DNA from: Mytilus trossulus
Taxonomy: Eukaryota
Length of the DNA stretch: 64,000 nt
Assembly: GCF_036588685.1 (NCBI RefSeq)
Contig: NC_086373.1
Location: forward strand, 99,696,001 to 99,760,000
Direction of reading: 5' to 3'
Shown here: one piece after another, positions 38,727-52,230 of the stretch
How positions within the stretch are numbered: the first letter of the stretch is position 1
Layout: every line of letters starts with the position of its first letter
Program-made: the position numbers and the translations under genes
The notes under the pieces: generated by a model
The model's database searches: none
Seen by the model: the letters and a program-made list of their open reading frames with translations, nothing else
What the model was told of the DNA's origin: nothing

Positions 38727-40755
38727 TATATAACTTATGAGGGTTATTGCAAGGTCAATATCATACCTGCTGAAGGTAATTGCAAGGTCACGATCGTATC
38801 TGAATGATTTTACAAGGTTACTAGCGTATTTGATTATTGCAAGGTCACCAGCATACCTGATAAACGTTATTGCAAGGTCTCCAGCGTATCCTATTTAGGT
38901 TATTTAGAAGCATGTTTTACCATATCATTTTTTTTTAACTACGCTCTACTTTTGTTATTCGGTTGTTTATTGAATTAGTATGATTAAGTGTTAAAATTCT
39001 GCAGTACGTGTTGATTATGAAGTTCATTCGTCAATATTGGTATAAAAATCAAAATCTTATGCAACATGTAACAGTCGCATATAATGGAGTATTTTAATAA
39101 ATTATAGAATACAATCTGTCGGCTTTTCCTCCTGGTTTTACCTTCAAAACCGTTAGCTTATTTTGAATTCGAAAAATTCATCTGATATTATTAGAATTGT
39201 TGGTAACGATATTCTTGTTTTCTTCTTTAATTATTGTATTCGTTATTTATATATTCGTAGGCAGAAACGTATCTGGAAGTTTACTATGAATCTTACCAAA
39301 AAGTCAGAAATATTAGTTATTATGTATCCCTTACAGAGTATAGATTATCATGTTATATCAGGTGTCTAAACGACCTAGGATAATTAATATTTCATAATAT
39401 AATATCTTACAGTTTAACTCATCCGTCTTAAGTTTCATTCACTAATCAATAACCGATCCTGTAACTTATGTTTTACATCACTGTTTCTTTTGAAGTGTGA
39501 TTTGAAATCTAAAGATGAATGTGCATGGTAAGAAGACCTTTGTTAACTTATGACATACCAACATGCACATCGGTAGTTCATCTAAGTTAGAGTCAATACA
39601 GAAAAGAAGAAGACTTCAAGGAAAGGTTCTTTCATTGCAAAGATATGACTGGCTGTGTAAGGAAAATAGAGATTTATTTTATAGGTGCTATGATTCTATG
39701 CATTCTATTTTTACTTAACTGTTTAATTTTGATTTCAACTTGACTAGAAATGATACGATGGACTAGCTCATTCAAAAGTCTCATCTAATACATATTGATT
39801 TGAATTCACTAATGAACTGTTGCTAAAACAGGTTAATTTTTGGCAGTTATTTGTAATGTTTCAAAAGATATTATTTATAAACACTCACTTCGTAAAAATC
39901 ACATTGAGATAAATTATGTAATTTAGAAGTCCGAAAATCGATCTTCTTTCTAGAAATGAAATTGGAAAACATCCTTATTACTTTGAAGTAAAGTAGAGTG
40001 TGGCTCTACAACTTGTTCGAAATTAAAGATCATTACACTAGGTGATTCAAACATGTCTTTTGATTAAGTTCAAGATTTGATATATACTTAAGGCTAACAA
40101 ATTCATTTGTCTGCCATTTAGCTACAAACTTCATATAAGTGGTTGACAACACAAAAAATGGTATTCTCATCTATAAATTTGAAGAAGAATGTCTATATGT
40201 GGCGCCATGGTCTGATATTATATAACATAGTTCGTAAACTCTGTAGAACACTTAATAAAACTTCGTCGTAATATAGTACATAACTAAATGTTTTACCAAA
40301 TTTAAAGACCCAATGCTTATATATATTACAGGATAATTTCCAATCAAATTGCCATCTACAACAAACGTTTGATTTAACGTGGATTGTCTATAAATCTAAA
40401 AAGCACCAGTCCATATTCAAGTGCAATAAAATTAGTCTACGGTCACTAATGACGTCAATACACAGCTAAATTATTCCTTGAAAGCATATGTAGAACTAAA
40501 GGAACAAACGCATCACTTACTAGTAATTTGTCCTAATTGAGGGAAAAAACTTGCTCATAATTCTATCATGTCTTAATTTGCTTTCGTCTTCACAAGTATC
40601 AATTCTGTTCAACTGAGATTGCTTAATTCTAAAACCTAATTTTATCAAATTAAGAAATATATAAATATTTACCATCGGAATCGCCCACGTTTATATACAA
40701 TTATAATACTCAGCATACCAGTCGTTTATGAAGCAAATCGATTTTGAAGTTATGT

Positions 40756-40885
40756 ATAAAATTGAGAATGGAAATGGGGAATATGTCAAAGAGACAACAA
40801 CCCGTCCAAAGAGCAGACAACAGCCGAGGGTCACCAATGGGTCTTTCGCAGCGAGAAAATCCCGCAACCGGAGGTGGCCCTTAAC
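40756..40885. mobile_element. fragment of abundant interspersed family (ataaaattgagaatggaaatggggaat...)
   Basis: Other copies at 56930-57066, 57476-57600 and 58670-59350; reverse copies at 55810-55866 and 60440-60975. Confidence 0.8.
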
Positions 40886-41459
40886 CTGTTTATAATGAAA
40901 CGTAACAGAAAGTAAGTATAAGAAACAGGAATATGTATGTTAAGTCACGTGACAACATGTCGAAATCGGATAAAACAATACAAAGTCAGTCGATTGAAAA
41001 GGATTTGAATATGATTAAGTAAACATTCTAATATAAGATTATGAAGGGTTTACTCCTGGTTTGCCCACTTTTAATTCTACCAATTATCTAATAGCAAAGA
41101 AAACAAAAAAGACAAAAGGTTTAATGAGCATACAATTGTATAGTCTGTTCCAACTTCGGTATATTGTTTATCAGTGTTTTCTTACTATATTTAAATATAT
41201 TTTTATTATGTTTTTTAGAAAAATGAAAAATAAATCAAATAGGTTTTCTCTCAATAATTTGATATCAATTCAATATTATCATTTAACATACAACTAAAGA
41301 CAAAACAATGACATTCAGTAATAAAAGTGTCTTCACAATTTATTAGTTTCTGAATGATTTTCATGATATAAATTCTGCAATACAAATTATCTTTTATTGA
41401 AAACATAATTTATATAATATATGAATCAAAGTTTATAAGTGCATTACATAGGGAATAAA

Positions 41460-42265
41460 TAGTTGACACAACATAGGTTTCTGACACAGAATGAATGTGG
41501 TCTAAGAACTAAAACTTAAAAACGTATATAAAAAAAAATTGTACATTTACCTATTATGGTCCAATATCCAAAATTTAAATACATGGTTAGATTCAGCATA
41601 TCATAGGACCCCAAGAATTTAAATTTTGATGAAATCAAATAATGTTCAATTTTAGACCCTTTAGACCTCAATGTAAACCAATTTGATAACCGGGCCCAAA
41701 TATTAAAAATCTAAATACATGGTTTAATTCAGCATATTGAATGAAGAACCCCATATATTCAATGTTTGTTGAATCATACAAACTTTAATTTAGACCCGGA
41801 TTTGGACCAACTTGAAAACTGGGCCCATAATAAAAAAAATCTAAGTACATGTTTTGATTCAGCATATCAAAGAACCCCCGGAATTCATTTTTTTGTTAAA
41901 ATCAAACTAAGTTTAATTTTGAACCCTTTTGACCTTAATTCCTAAACTGTTGGGACCAAAACTCCTAAAATCCATCCCAACCTCCCTTCTGTGGTCATTA
42001 ACCTTATGTTAAAGTTTCATAGATTTCTATTTACTTATACTAAAGTTATTGTGCAAAAAACAAGAAAAATGCTTATTTGGAACCTTTTTTTGGCCCTTAT
42101 TCCTAAACTGTTGGGACCAAAACTCCCAAAATGGATCCCAACCTTGCTTTTATGGTCATAAACCTTATATCAAAATTTCATAGATGTAAGTTCATTTTCA
42201 CTAAAGTTATTGTCCGAAAACCAAGAAAATGCTTCTTTTGGGCCCTTTTTGGCCCCTTATTTCTA
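41460..42265. mobile_element. HINE-like fragment with two internal satellite types (~125-bp and ~161-bp units)
   Basis: aaatacatggtt.gattcagcatat occurs three times. ttcctaaactgttgggaccaaaactc occurs at 41939 and 42100, with a third copy truncated. Confidence 0.65.
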
Positions 42266-43551
42266 AAGTTAATGAAGTTGTTAGTGAGTTTTACTGAAGT
42301 TTTTGAACAATGTATCCTTACTAAGCTGCTGATTTTGTTGTTTTTGAATAAGAACAAGCTACCTTTAAGCTAAGATACAGATTTACTGTTGAAATTGTGC
42401 ATTTGTTAAGCTGCAGTTGCATTTATATTCTATTTGTTACGACTAATTGCAATTTGGATATTTTATATATTAATTTCAGAACAGTGTATTTATTTAATTG
42501 ATAAAAATATCTATATTAATCTTTAATTCATTATTTTTCAGAATGTAACAATAATTAAAACTTTTTGTTGATAAGTTGTAAAAGTAATACACATTTTTGT
42601 CTATTTATACTTGTCAATTTCAATACATTGTCCCACACAAATTATATCAAATAAAAAATATCTTTGCACATTTTTCTTGAGTTAATAGCAGAATACAGTA
42701 TCTTTAATTAAAAAAAAATACAGGTAACATAAGAGGTATATTTAAATAAAAAAATATTTTCGCACATTTTCATTAATTTAATAGCGAAATATTGTATCAT
42801 TTATAAAAATGTACAGGTAAATTAAAAGGTAAAAATTATGACTATTATTCAGAAATAAACTATAATTGCTAAAACAACAATTCCCCCTATGTTTACATAT
42901 GCATGTAATTAAAAGTGGGCAAACCAGGATGACACCATTATGAAGACATTTTGTATATTAAAGACACGTGAGTCACTTGAGTCTTTTAGGTCATGTATGT
43001 GCATACAGGTATATGACGTTACAGCCTTTTTGTAAAAATCAGCAAGTAATTATATAGAATGTGACAACCTAACCAGCACATACTGAGGAAAAACAGGAAT
43101 ATAACATTTTATGAAATATTGCCTTTTCACATTTTATGAAATATAGATTAACATGCAACTTTATTTTTCATGAAAAATTGAAAGACATATAAATGATTGT
43201 CATTTATGTAATTACATAAAGATAAGTTAAATTTCATTCATTTGTCTTAGCACCATAGCATGTAGCATTTATACTATATCGATTATTGTCGCAAATTTCA
43301 AAAATAGCAATGTTTACTATGAAATGATATTCATGTCGATTTTCCATCCAACTTTTTTTTTTAATTACTTAAATCGTTTGTTTTTAAAACATCTGATATA
43401 CAAGATATGTAAGGAGCACAGACCACTCTCAGTAACATTACAGTTTGTTGCTTATTCTTAACTATATAAATTTCTATTACGTGTTTTATGTACTATTGTT
43501 TTATCCTCTTGTTTAGCTATGGCGTTGTCAGTTTATTTTCGACTTATAGTT

Positions 43552-44110
43552 ATAAAAAGAAGATGCGGTGTGATTGCCAATGATGCAACTCTTCACAAGA
43601 GACCAAATGGAACAGTAATAAAAAAAAAACTATAGGTCACATTACGGCCTTCAACAATGAGCAAAGGCCATAGTGAATAGTAAGCTTTAAAGGCATGAAA
43701 TCACAAATGTTAAACAATTCAAACGAGAATTAAAAAAAACCCGGCCTAATTTGTGAACAAACAAAAAAATGAACAAAAAAAAACCAATTAGGTAACACAG
43801 CAACAAACGACAACCACTGAATTACAGGTTAGCTCATGAATCGGGACAGGCATTTATACATACAGAATATGGCAGGGTTAAACATGTTAGCGGAATATTA
43901 ACCCTCCCCGGCTAACCGGAGACAGTGATGTAACAGAACAACATAAGAACGAACCATGAACATCTGTTGAAAAAGGCTTAACACATCAAACGGATACAAA
44001 TGTTTCTACTAAACACAGAGTGACATGGCCGGGTACTTGTACATTCCAACAACAAATAGACACTAAGTACAGATCTGAGAGTACTCCCATTTAATGACAA
44101 CTAGTTCAAC
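43552..44110 (-). mobile_element. interspersed repeat carrying a twister-like motif (43827-43918)
   Basis: Minus strand: ggttagc-cggg-GAGGG-ttaatattccgct-aacatgtt-TAA-ccct-GC-c...g-cctgTCCCGATTcatg-a-gctaacc. Related copies at 45750-46190, 20345-20520 and 17800-17900. Confidence 0.7.
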
Positions 44111-47100
44111 TGACAACTAAAACAATTTTTTAATTGAGTTTGAATGTACCTCTAGTATATTCGCCTCTCTTTTTCAGGTGTTGTTTGAAAAGACACATAT
44201 GCATGAAAAGATGACTACCGATATAATATATACGAATAAAAGCTTTAAAAGTTTTTTTTATACGAAATCTACTGCTAGTATTGTTTCAATAAGTTGTTGT
44301 AGTCTCCGGTATTAGGCATTGAGCGAATATGATTATTGACTATTGACAAATTGATGAATATATAAAATATTGTTATTGAGGAAAAACAGCCTAGGATTAC
44401 TGTTTGAATACAATGGATATTTGGTAAAGAGTCTTATATCAAAGGGATCAAATGAGCAGCTAACAGAAGTATGACATGATGTTGATTGATCCTTCATTAT
44501 AGTTAGTTATAACGTTTGACCTTATGAACTAATATTCCGTTACTGGACATTGATATTTTAATAGTAATAGATCTTACAGTCTAGACTAAACGCATTTATG
44601 AACAGGATGATATTCACCCGACTACTAATGGCGGTTAATAGCTTCCTCTTGGTATTCTACAGGGAACCAGTTTATGCTACAAGTTGAAATTTACACAAAC
44701 ATCATTAAATGTGAGAAAAGGATTGCAACCATTTATTGTAAATCGAATTATGTAAACCTGTTTTCCCAAGGGTTAAATTTGTTTGCGAAAAGTAAATTAC
44801 TGCAATATATAACTCCTTCTTGCATGCTGTGTCACTTGGCTAAGTTCGACCAACGGCTATGCATCTAATATAGAGTTAGCATATTGTTCACTGGTTCAGA
44901 GGATACTACAATACTTGAATTATTGGTCATACAAAACATTGCAAACATTTTTCAACGGTTTCCGACGGTGAAATTGCAATAGTAATGCGGATATTTCCTC
45001 TTTATATTAAATATTCATAATACGAAGTGGAATTGGTAAAAACAATTGAAAATATAACCAACCCTTAAAACTACTTCAAACTCTTCTAGCTGTGAAGCTT
45101 GGGATTTGACTGTAGTTACTATCATTAATAAATGGTATGGTATTGTTCTGTAGGGTGATTGATTCACAGCTTTTTGTATCTACATAATACTATTGATGAC
45201 AACGGTTTAATGGATTTAATTCCAAGTTTAGATCGAAATACAACCATTTGAAAATCTGAAAAACAATCACAATAAAACATCTAAAACAGTTAATTGTCTC
45301 TTGTTTTAAGCGTACTGTTTATGTAACACAAGTCGGTGGCAATTCGTTTGACAAAATTCTATCGTTTAATGAAATAATGAATATGACAAAAGCAATTTGT
45401 GATATTTATGTAACATGTGATTTGTTTTTCAGATACAATATAACGTCAATAAGTCAAGTACTTTAAACAGCATTATTTGAAAAAGAAATAGACGGATATT
45501 TTCCGTGATGTGTTTTTTACGGAAACTCTTAAATACCAATTCATTTTGTACTTTTAACTTTTGTGGTAGTCCTTCTAATGTTGCAGTGTAGGAAGAAATT
45601 ACTAAATGTTGCATAATCAACTTCTATATTTTTCTTCAAATTCTGCAACCTCAATTGTTTATACGCAGATCATGTTGTATTACTGGTTTTGGAATTATAA
45701 CTTATTTTTGTATACTTCACATACTGAGTAATTTCTATAGATATAAAAAAAAATGTGGTACGGTTGCAAATGAGACAACTCGCCATCATAGTCAAAATTT
45801 GTAAAATTTAACATTATAGGTCAAAGTACGACCTTCAACACGGAGCCTTGGCTAACACCGAACAACAAGCTATAAAGCCAAAAAGTTGACTAGTGTATAA
45901 TCATTCAAACAGGAAAACAATTGTCTAATCTATATAAAAAACGAGAAACAATTATGAACCACATCTACAAACTACAACCACTGAACATGAGATTCCTGAC
46001 TTAGGACAGGTGCATACAAATGCAGTAGGTTAAACTGTTTTAATAGGCACCAAACTTCACACAACCAAAACAATAGTGTAACATCACAACATAGAAAGAC
46101 ACTATAAAATATCAATTGAAATGGCTAAACTCGATCAAAGGACATATTAGCAAAACAAGTGAACATACATTGAACGAATAATGTTCATTCGGTATGAATG
46201 AGTCATACCTATTTTATCATTATAAAACCTTGATTCAGAGTGTTGTTGTGTTATATAACAACATTGCTAGATCTTGATATAGTGTCAATAACTCAAGGCG
46301 TTTGATTGTATGAACTATGTCAACGCTTATTTAACATATCAAGCATATTTTATATCAGATGAGTAAGAAATTAGCTACTGTTGTATGACTGAAGTCAACA
46401 TATATACAGACTGTACAGGCAGAATAAAGATGTAGTAGTGAAATTAGACTCTATTGCAGCAATTGTTGTAGGAATATGAACGGTTAATCGTTATTGAATA
46501 TCTGTAACAGATGAAAACGCTTATGTTTCTATTGTCGTATCCAAAATCTCAACTTTAATCAGCGAAAATTTTACTAACCATGACTAAGCGGTTGCCACAT
46601 GTTAAGCAGGATTCGAAACTATTCCAAAGCGCAAGACATCACACAGGTTACATGGTCCAAGGATAATCATTTGCATGCCTCTTAACCAGTAGGCTACTAC
46701 GACAAATTATTGCTGGGCATAAACATTATACATATTGCTGACAATTAGTATGCCATCATTTACCGATTTGTTCCGGAATAAAGAAAGATTTAAATTGATG
46801 TGGTGCCACGGTCATAAAGTAATCACTAAATGAAGGATTGCATGTTCTTCCATAATCATCTATCAAAATAAAACGGAAATTGAAGTCGGAACCATATTTA
46901 TTATCTATATATGAATATGAATCCAGCCTTATACTAAAAAGTAAAATAACAAACATACAGAACTCCAAGGAAAGTCCTCATCAAATGACAAAAACACAAA
47001 GCTCCCGCACTCAAGGTAAACACGCTACCATCAAGGCGTCAAGGTTATTAGAAAACCTGGTTTTAGAAAATTCTTACATAAATACCTTTTTATAAAAGTT

Positions 47101-47698
47101 GAATCTTTTTTGTGTATTTATTGAACAATGAAAGATACTTTAAAAATTTAGTTTTAAACGAAAACTTCAAATCATATGAATAATTTTAAATGCCATCCCA
47201 TAAATAATTCGCAAACATATGTCAATTTCTCAGATGTCAGAAGAAGATGAAATATATATTGTACCACCTGGCAAAAAGTTCTCTCATTTTTACAATTTGA
47301 AGTATACTGTTATATCAAAGATCAAGAATATAGTTTTAAGCTTTGATTGAACAAATTGGAAAGTCGAACAAAAATCATGATAGGAATCAACAGACATGAA
47401 TTAGTTGTTTTACTTGTAAATTGGGCAATAGAAATTCTCCAGTTTTTAGAATATATGAGAAACAAAATCTTGATCTGATTCTATTCCCATTACCTAGTAT
47501 TAAAGTATGCGATGATTTTTCAGTCGACTTAAAATCCACTGTTATTAATCGTCATCTATATGAAATTCTGGCTATATATATATTCAATAAATTCAAGCAC
47601 TTTGGCATTAAAACAAAATTGCAGAATTGATATTTCCAGAAATGCATCACTTTTTAAATTTTGCCATAAATAATCAGTGCATTGTCTCTGGTACTGGG

Positions 47699-48235
47699 AC
47701 TACAATATGCCACTTAACAATTTATTGAAATGACTAAACAATATGCCACTAAACAATTTATTGAAATGACTAAACGATATGCCACTAAACAATTTATTGA
47801 AATGACTAAACAATATGCCACTAAACAATTTATTGAAATGACAAAACAATATGCCACTAAACAATTTATTGAAATGACTTGAACAATATGCCACTAAACA
47901 ATTTATTGAAATGACTAAACAATCTGCCACTAAACAATTTATTGAAATGACTAAAAAATATGCCACTAAACAATTTATTAAAATGTCTAAACAATATGCC
48001 AATAAACAATTTATTGAAATGACTAAACAATATGCCACTAAACAATTTATTGAAATGACTAAACAATATGCCACTAAACAATTTATTGAAATGTCTAAAC
48101 AATATGCCACTAAACAATTTATTGAAATGACTTTAACAATATGCCACTAAACAATTTATTGAAATGACTAAACAATATGCCACTAAACAATTTATTGAAA
48201 TGACTTTAACAATATGGCCCTAAACAATTTATTAA
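47699..48235. repeat. 36-bp minisatellite, ~15 copies
   Basis: Unit acaatatgccactaaacaatttattgaaatgactaa is built from two actaaacaat-headed subunits. It explains the repetitive ORFs at 47700-48150. Confidence 0.95.
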
Positions 48236-51200
48236 ACTGCGTCGATTCTTCATCCAATATATTTTAAACAGTTGTCATCTCTTATATTGAATATAAAATC
48301 AATGGAATACACACTGTAATGTATTGAAAAAACGAGTAAAACCGATTCTTGTAATTAATGTTAATGCTAGAAGGGCCATAGGACCAACATAATTTAGATG
48401 TGGATTTGATAGCGCTCATTTCCCAACTGGTTTAGAATTAATTTCAGTAAAATAATGATACAATGCACATTCTTTTACCAAAGAACTATTACTTTTTATT
48501 ACCAGATTTATTTTTATGGTCCCAAACGTCACATAACTCTATATAAGACTATAGAAAAACGCCAATGAAAGTGTTCAAGGAAGATACATTTTTACACATA
48601 ATTACAGGATATTGGGAAAACTTAAAGATAAACTCGTCAAGGGAACACCTTAGTATTACAGGATGTTATCAAAACGTAAAGCTCAATTTGTCAAGGGAAC
48701 ACCTAAGCATTGTTTGTATACATGAAAACATAACATTATGCCGTTGTAAGACAAATATATTGCTAAAATGATGTATTTTAAAATGCAGATGCAATTAAAT
48801 CTTAAGGTTACATACTGTTTTCGTCAGTCTTTTCATTGGTTGTCTTTAGAGATTTACAAGTACATCATAAAATTTAGTTGCATTGCATAACTAATTGACA
48901 ACCTAGTCTATGATCATTAACAATGAACAAGAAAAACTAATAAAACGTATAAAACTTAGCAAAATGTCTAACTTTCTAAAACATGACTGTGCATCTTAAT
49001 CAATATATACCGAAGCTGCATACAATTGATTCTCTTTATCTCAAAGCTTTTTTCTCTAAAAATACCTTTTAAAAAAGTCATAGTTAAATGTCTAACTAAA
49101 TTGATAGCTTCACATTATCATAACCTCTGATAACTCAAACTTCCTGTTAATTCATTTTTTAAACCAGTTTAAACTACTTTGAGCTAGCGAGAGTAGACTA
49201 TGTATTACACAACGGAATAGAAAAAATATCGTAACATAGATACAAGGAGATTTGGTATGACAACACTCAATCCAAATGACATGTTTCATGTCAGATGTCT
49301 TATCAGCCCTGTGTTAATACAACCCCTCTAGATAGTCATCGGTACTTCTTGGAGTGACAGTACTAAAGCCTGGGTCTGAAAATTCATCCAATATGAAAAC
49401 TGTCATGTGATATTCTGATAATATTGCATCGATAGCCATGCAATAGCCCTATATTACATATATATACTTGTATTCTTTATTGTGGCGGCAGGCGCAATTG
49501 ACAAACGACATTTTCTCTCCATGAAAGTTCATAACAATATCTGTCTTCTTCTTCAAGGTTGAAATAATTATCTATTTTCAGTTTCTTCAAGGTCAAAAGT
49601 ATTGGTCTAATTTGTATTTTGTTAGACAGATTCGTCAATATTGTTTATGAATTTTATAAAGAATATAGTCTGAACTTTCTTGAAGCATGTAGGTTATCAT
49701 AGACGAAATAACTATCATAGATCAAGTTAAATAATTTCAATGAGTCTGGCTCTATTATTTCTATAACCGATAGAAAACAACACAAAATATGCTCACTAGA
49801 TGTTGTCAGATAAAGGAGGAGATAATAGTAAACATACACCAAACACATTTAACCTTTGGCAAGTATATGGACCTTAAACAAAACTGTTAAATGACGGATT
49901 TTCAACCAAGGTTAGCACGACCTGCTTGGCATGTGAAATCCGTTAAAATACCAAGAAAATAAGTAAGATCAGAAAATGTCAAATCGGTTAAACAAAACAT
50001 CATGAAAATATAAGAAAAGTGTCTATCTAAATAGGGTAGATCCAATATAGATTATTTTTGAATATATGCATTTACAGAAATTAAAAAAAATCTCTGATAG
50101 CTAATGGTAGAACCAGGCTTACAACTTTTCATTTATTATTAATCCCTTGTTTTGGTTCTTACCAATTGGGAATAACAATCAGTCGATAACGGAGAAACAA
50201 TACGAAAAAAGACAATATAAACAATAGCATAAACTCGATAACATTTCAATTATATCAACACCTTTGATCTGAAAATATGGCATTTTAACGGTCTATGAAT
50301 GCATATTTAAAAACATTTAATCAAATATTTAAAACAAAACAAAAATCTAAAACTCATATATGGGAGACTACATTGTTGAAAACCTCTGGATGATTTTATC
50401 TGTAAGAATTATAATACTAAATTAATGTCAAAGCTCTGTGTTGAAGGCTAATTGTTAAAGTTTTATACATTTTGACTTAGATGGAGAGTTGTCTCATTGG
50501 CGCGAACACATACGACATTTTCTTATTTATATAATCAGTACACTCACACAAAGTATGGAAACTTGATTTGAAAGTTAATATTTTTTGTTATGCTTATTCA
50601 ATACGTTGATACAATTTGAATGTTAACACATGTGTCATTGAAAAACATATCGTTTGCATCGTTCATTATATTGTGAACAATTCAATGTCTTAAATCTTTT
50701 AAAAAACACAAAATTATATATTATTTGATTTTGAGACTCGGAATTCTACGTTAGACAATAAATTGATTTATTTAGACAACATCTTTACAACACATGATGT
50801 AATTTCATTATTATTACCTATAATTATCTAGGACTAGTAAAACTCTATTCTAGAAAAGACTATCATGAGAAATGTTCTATCATACTTTAGGTCAATATCT
50901 AGTCCAGATCTTTTAGAATCTTGTGGCAGATGTTCAAAGAAGATAATGTTTTCACGTTAGATTGAGTAGTATATAAAATTATGACGATAGTTTGGTTCAA
51001 AGTGAATATTTCTTTTATTATCATAGCTCTTTATAGTGCTAAACATAAATTTCCCATTGTTCCTTTTAACTTGTTTTCTTCAACTTCTCTCTCATCTTTA
51101 TGAACAAAATTATATGATAAGAGACCAAAAGATTCAATCCAACAAAGGCAAAGCAACTCGATCAATCTAACTGAATTATATAGGAATTAAAGATTATGAC

Positions 51201-51827
51201 AAGTCACAAAGCAAAATCACATATATTTTTTATAATGTATTCTAAGATTCGTTGGTAAATTTTGTGTTAAATTTTGATTTCTGCTAATGTATTTATTTTT
51301 CATTTTCATACATATTGATTTTAGAATTTTGCTTGAAATTTGATTTGTTTTATTCTATGGGTGTTATCTAAGAAAGATGAATCGGATTTCTGATCGGAAT
51401 AACAAGATTGCACGACGAAGTAGATTAAAATGAAATAAAGCAAAACAATTTGGCTTCTAGATAACAATGCTAAGGTTTCATTTATGCAACTTCAGAACCA
51501 AATTGAAAATGAAATTATACCATGTAAGAAGGATATTTCTGTACAAATCTATTCAGATTCGTATTGTTGCACAACACCATTTGAAATATTAGGCAATTCT
51601 TATTGGAAAACACAGAATACGTTATTCGATTAGATCTTGTTTTTGTTTAAATTCTCTGATTTTATCTATTTTCGTCTTTCGTTCCGCGCGTTTCACATAT
51701 TTTTATATTCTCATTTCAATTTTAAAGCAATTTTAACTATCATGCGTTGGAAAAGAGAAGATATATAGTATTTCTATTTACAACTCAAATTATCTATATA
51801 ATTTAACTTGAGAAAACTAAATGCAAA

Positions 51828-52230
51828 AAAAAGTAAAATCACAAAAAATACTGAACTCCGAGGAAAAATTCAAAACGGAAAGTTTCTTATCAAATGGCAA
51901 AATCAAAAGATAAAACACATCAAACGAATGGAAAACAACTGTCATATTCCTAACTTGTTACAGGTATTTTCTTATGTAGAAAATAGTGGATTGAACCTTG
52001 TTTTATAGCGCTTAAACATTCTACTTGTATGACAGTCGAATCAAATTCCATTCTATTGACAATGACACGTGAACAAACAGATATAATAGGTAAAATTGTC
52101 AAAATAGGGGTACAGCAGTCATCAGTTTGTCCAAGGATTTGTATAGTTAACTATACAAATCCTTGGTTTGTCACAATCTCAATCAGAACACCAAAAAAAA
52201 AAACATTTAACAAAGAAGCACATACAAGTA
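51828..52230 (-). mobile_element. interspersed repeat (aaaagtaaaatcacaaaaatactgaactccgagg family) with twister-like motif 51937-52037
   Basis: Matches 61305-61560. Shorter fragments at 5320-5430, 8368-8475, 46935-47000 and 58045-58200. Confidence 0.8.

Noticed and set aside
47699-48235. 36-bp repeats as a CRISPR array, or the repetitive ORFs as a protein
   Set aside because: Units are contiguous with no unique spacers and there are no cas genes. The ORFs arise from the period being a multiple of 3 and are broken by indels.
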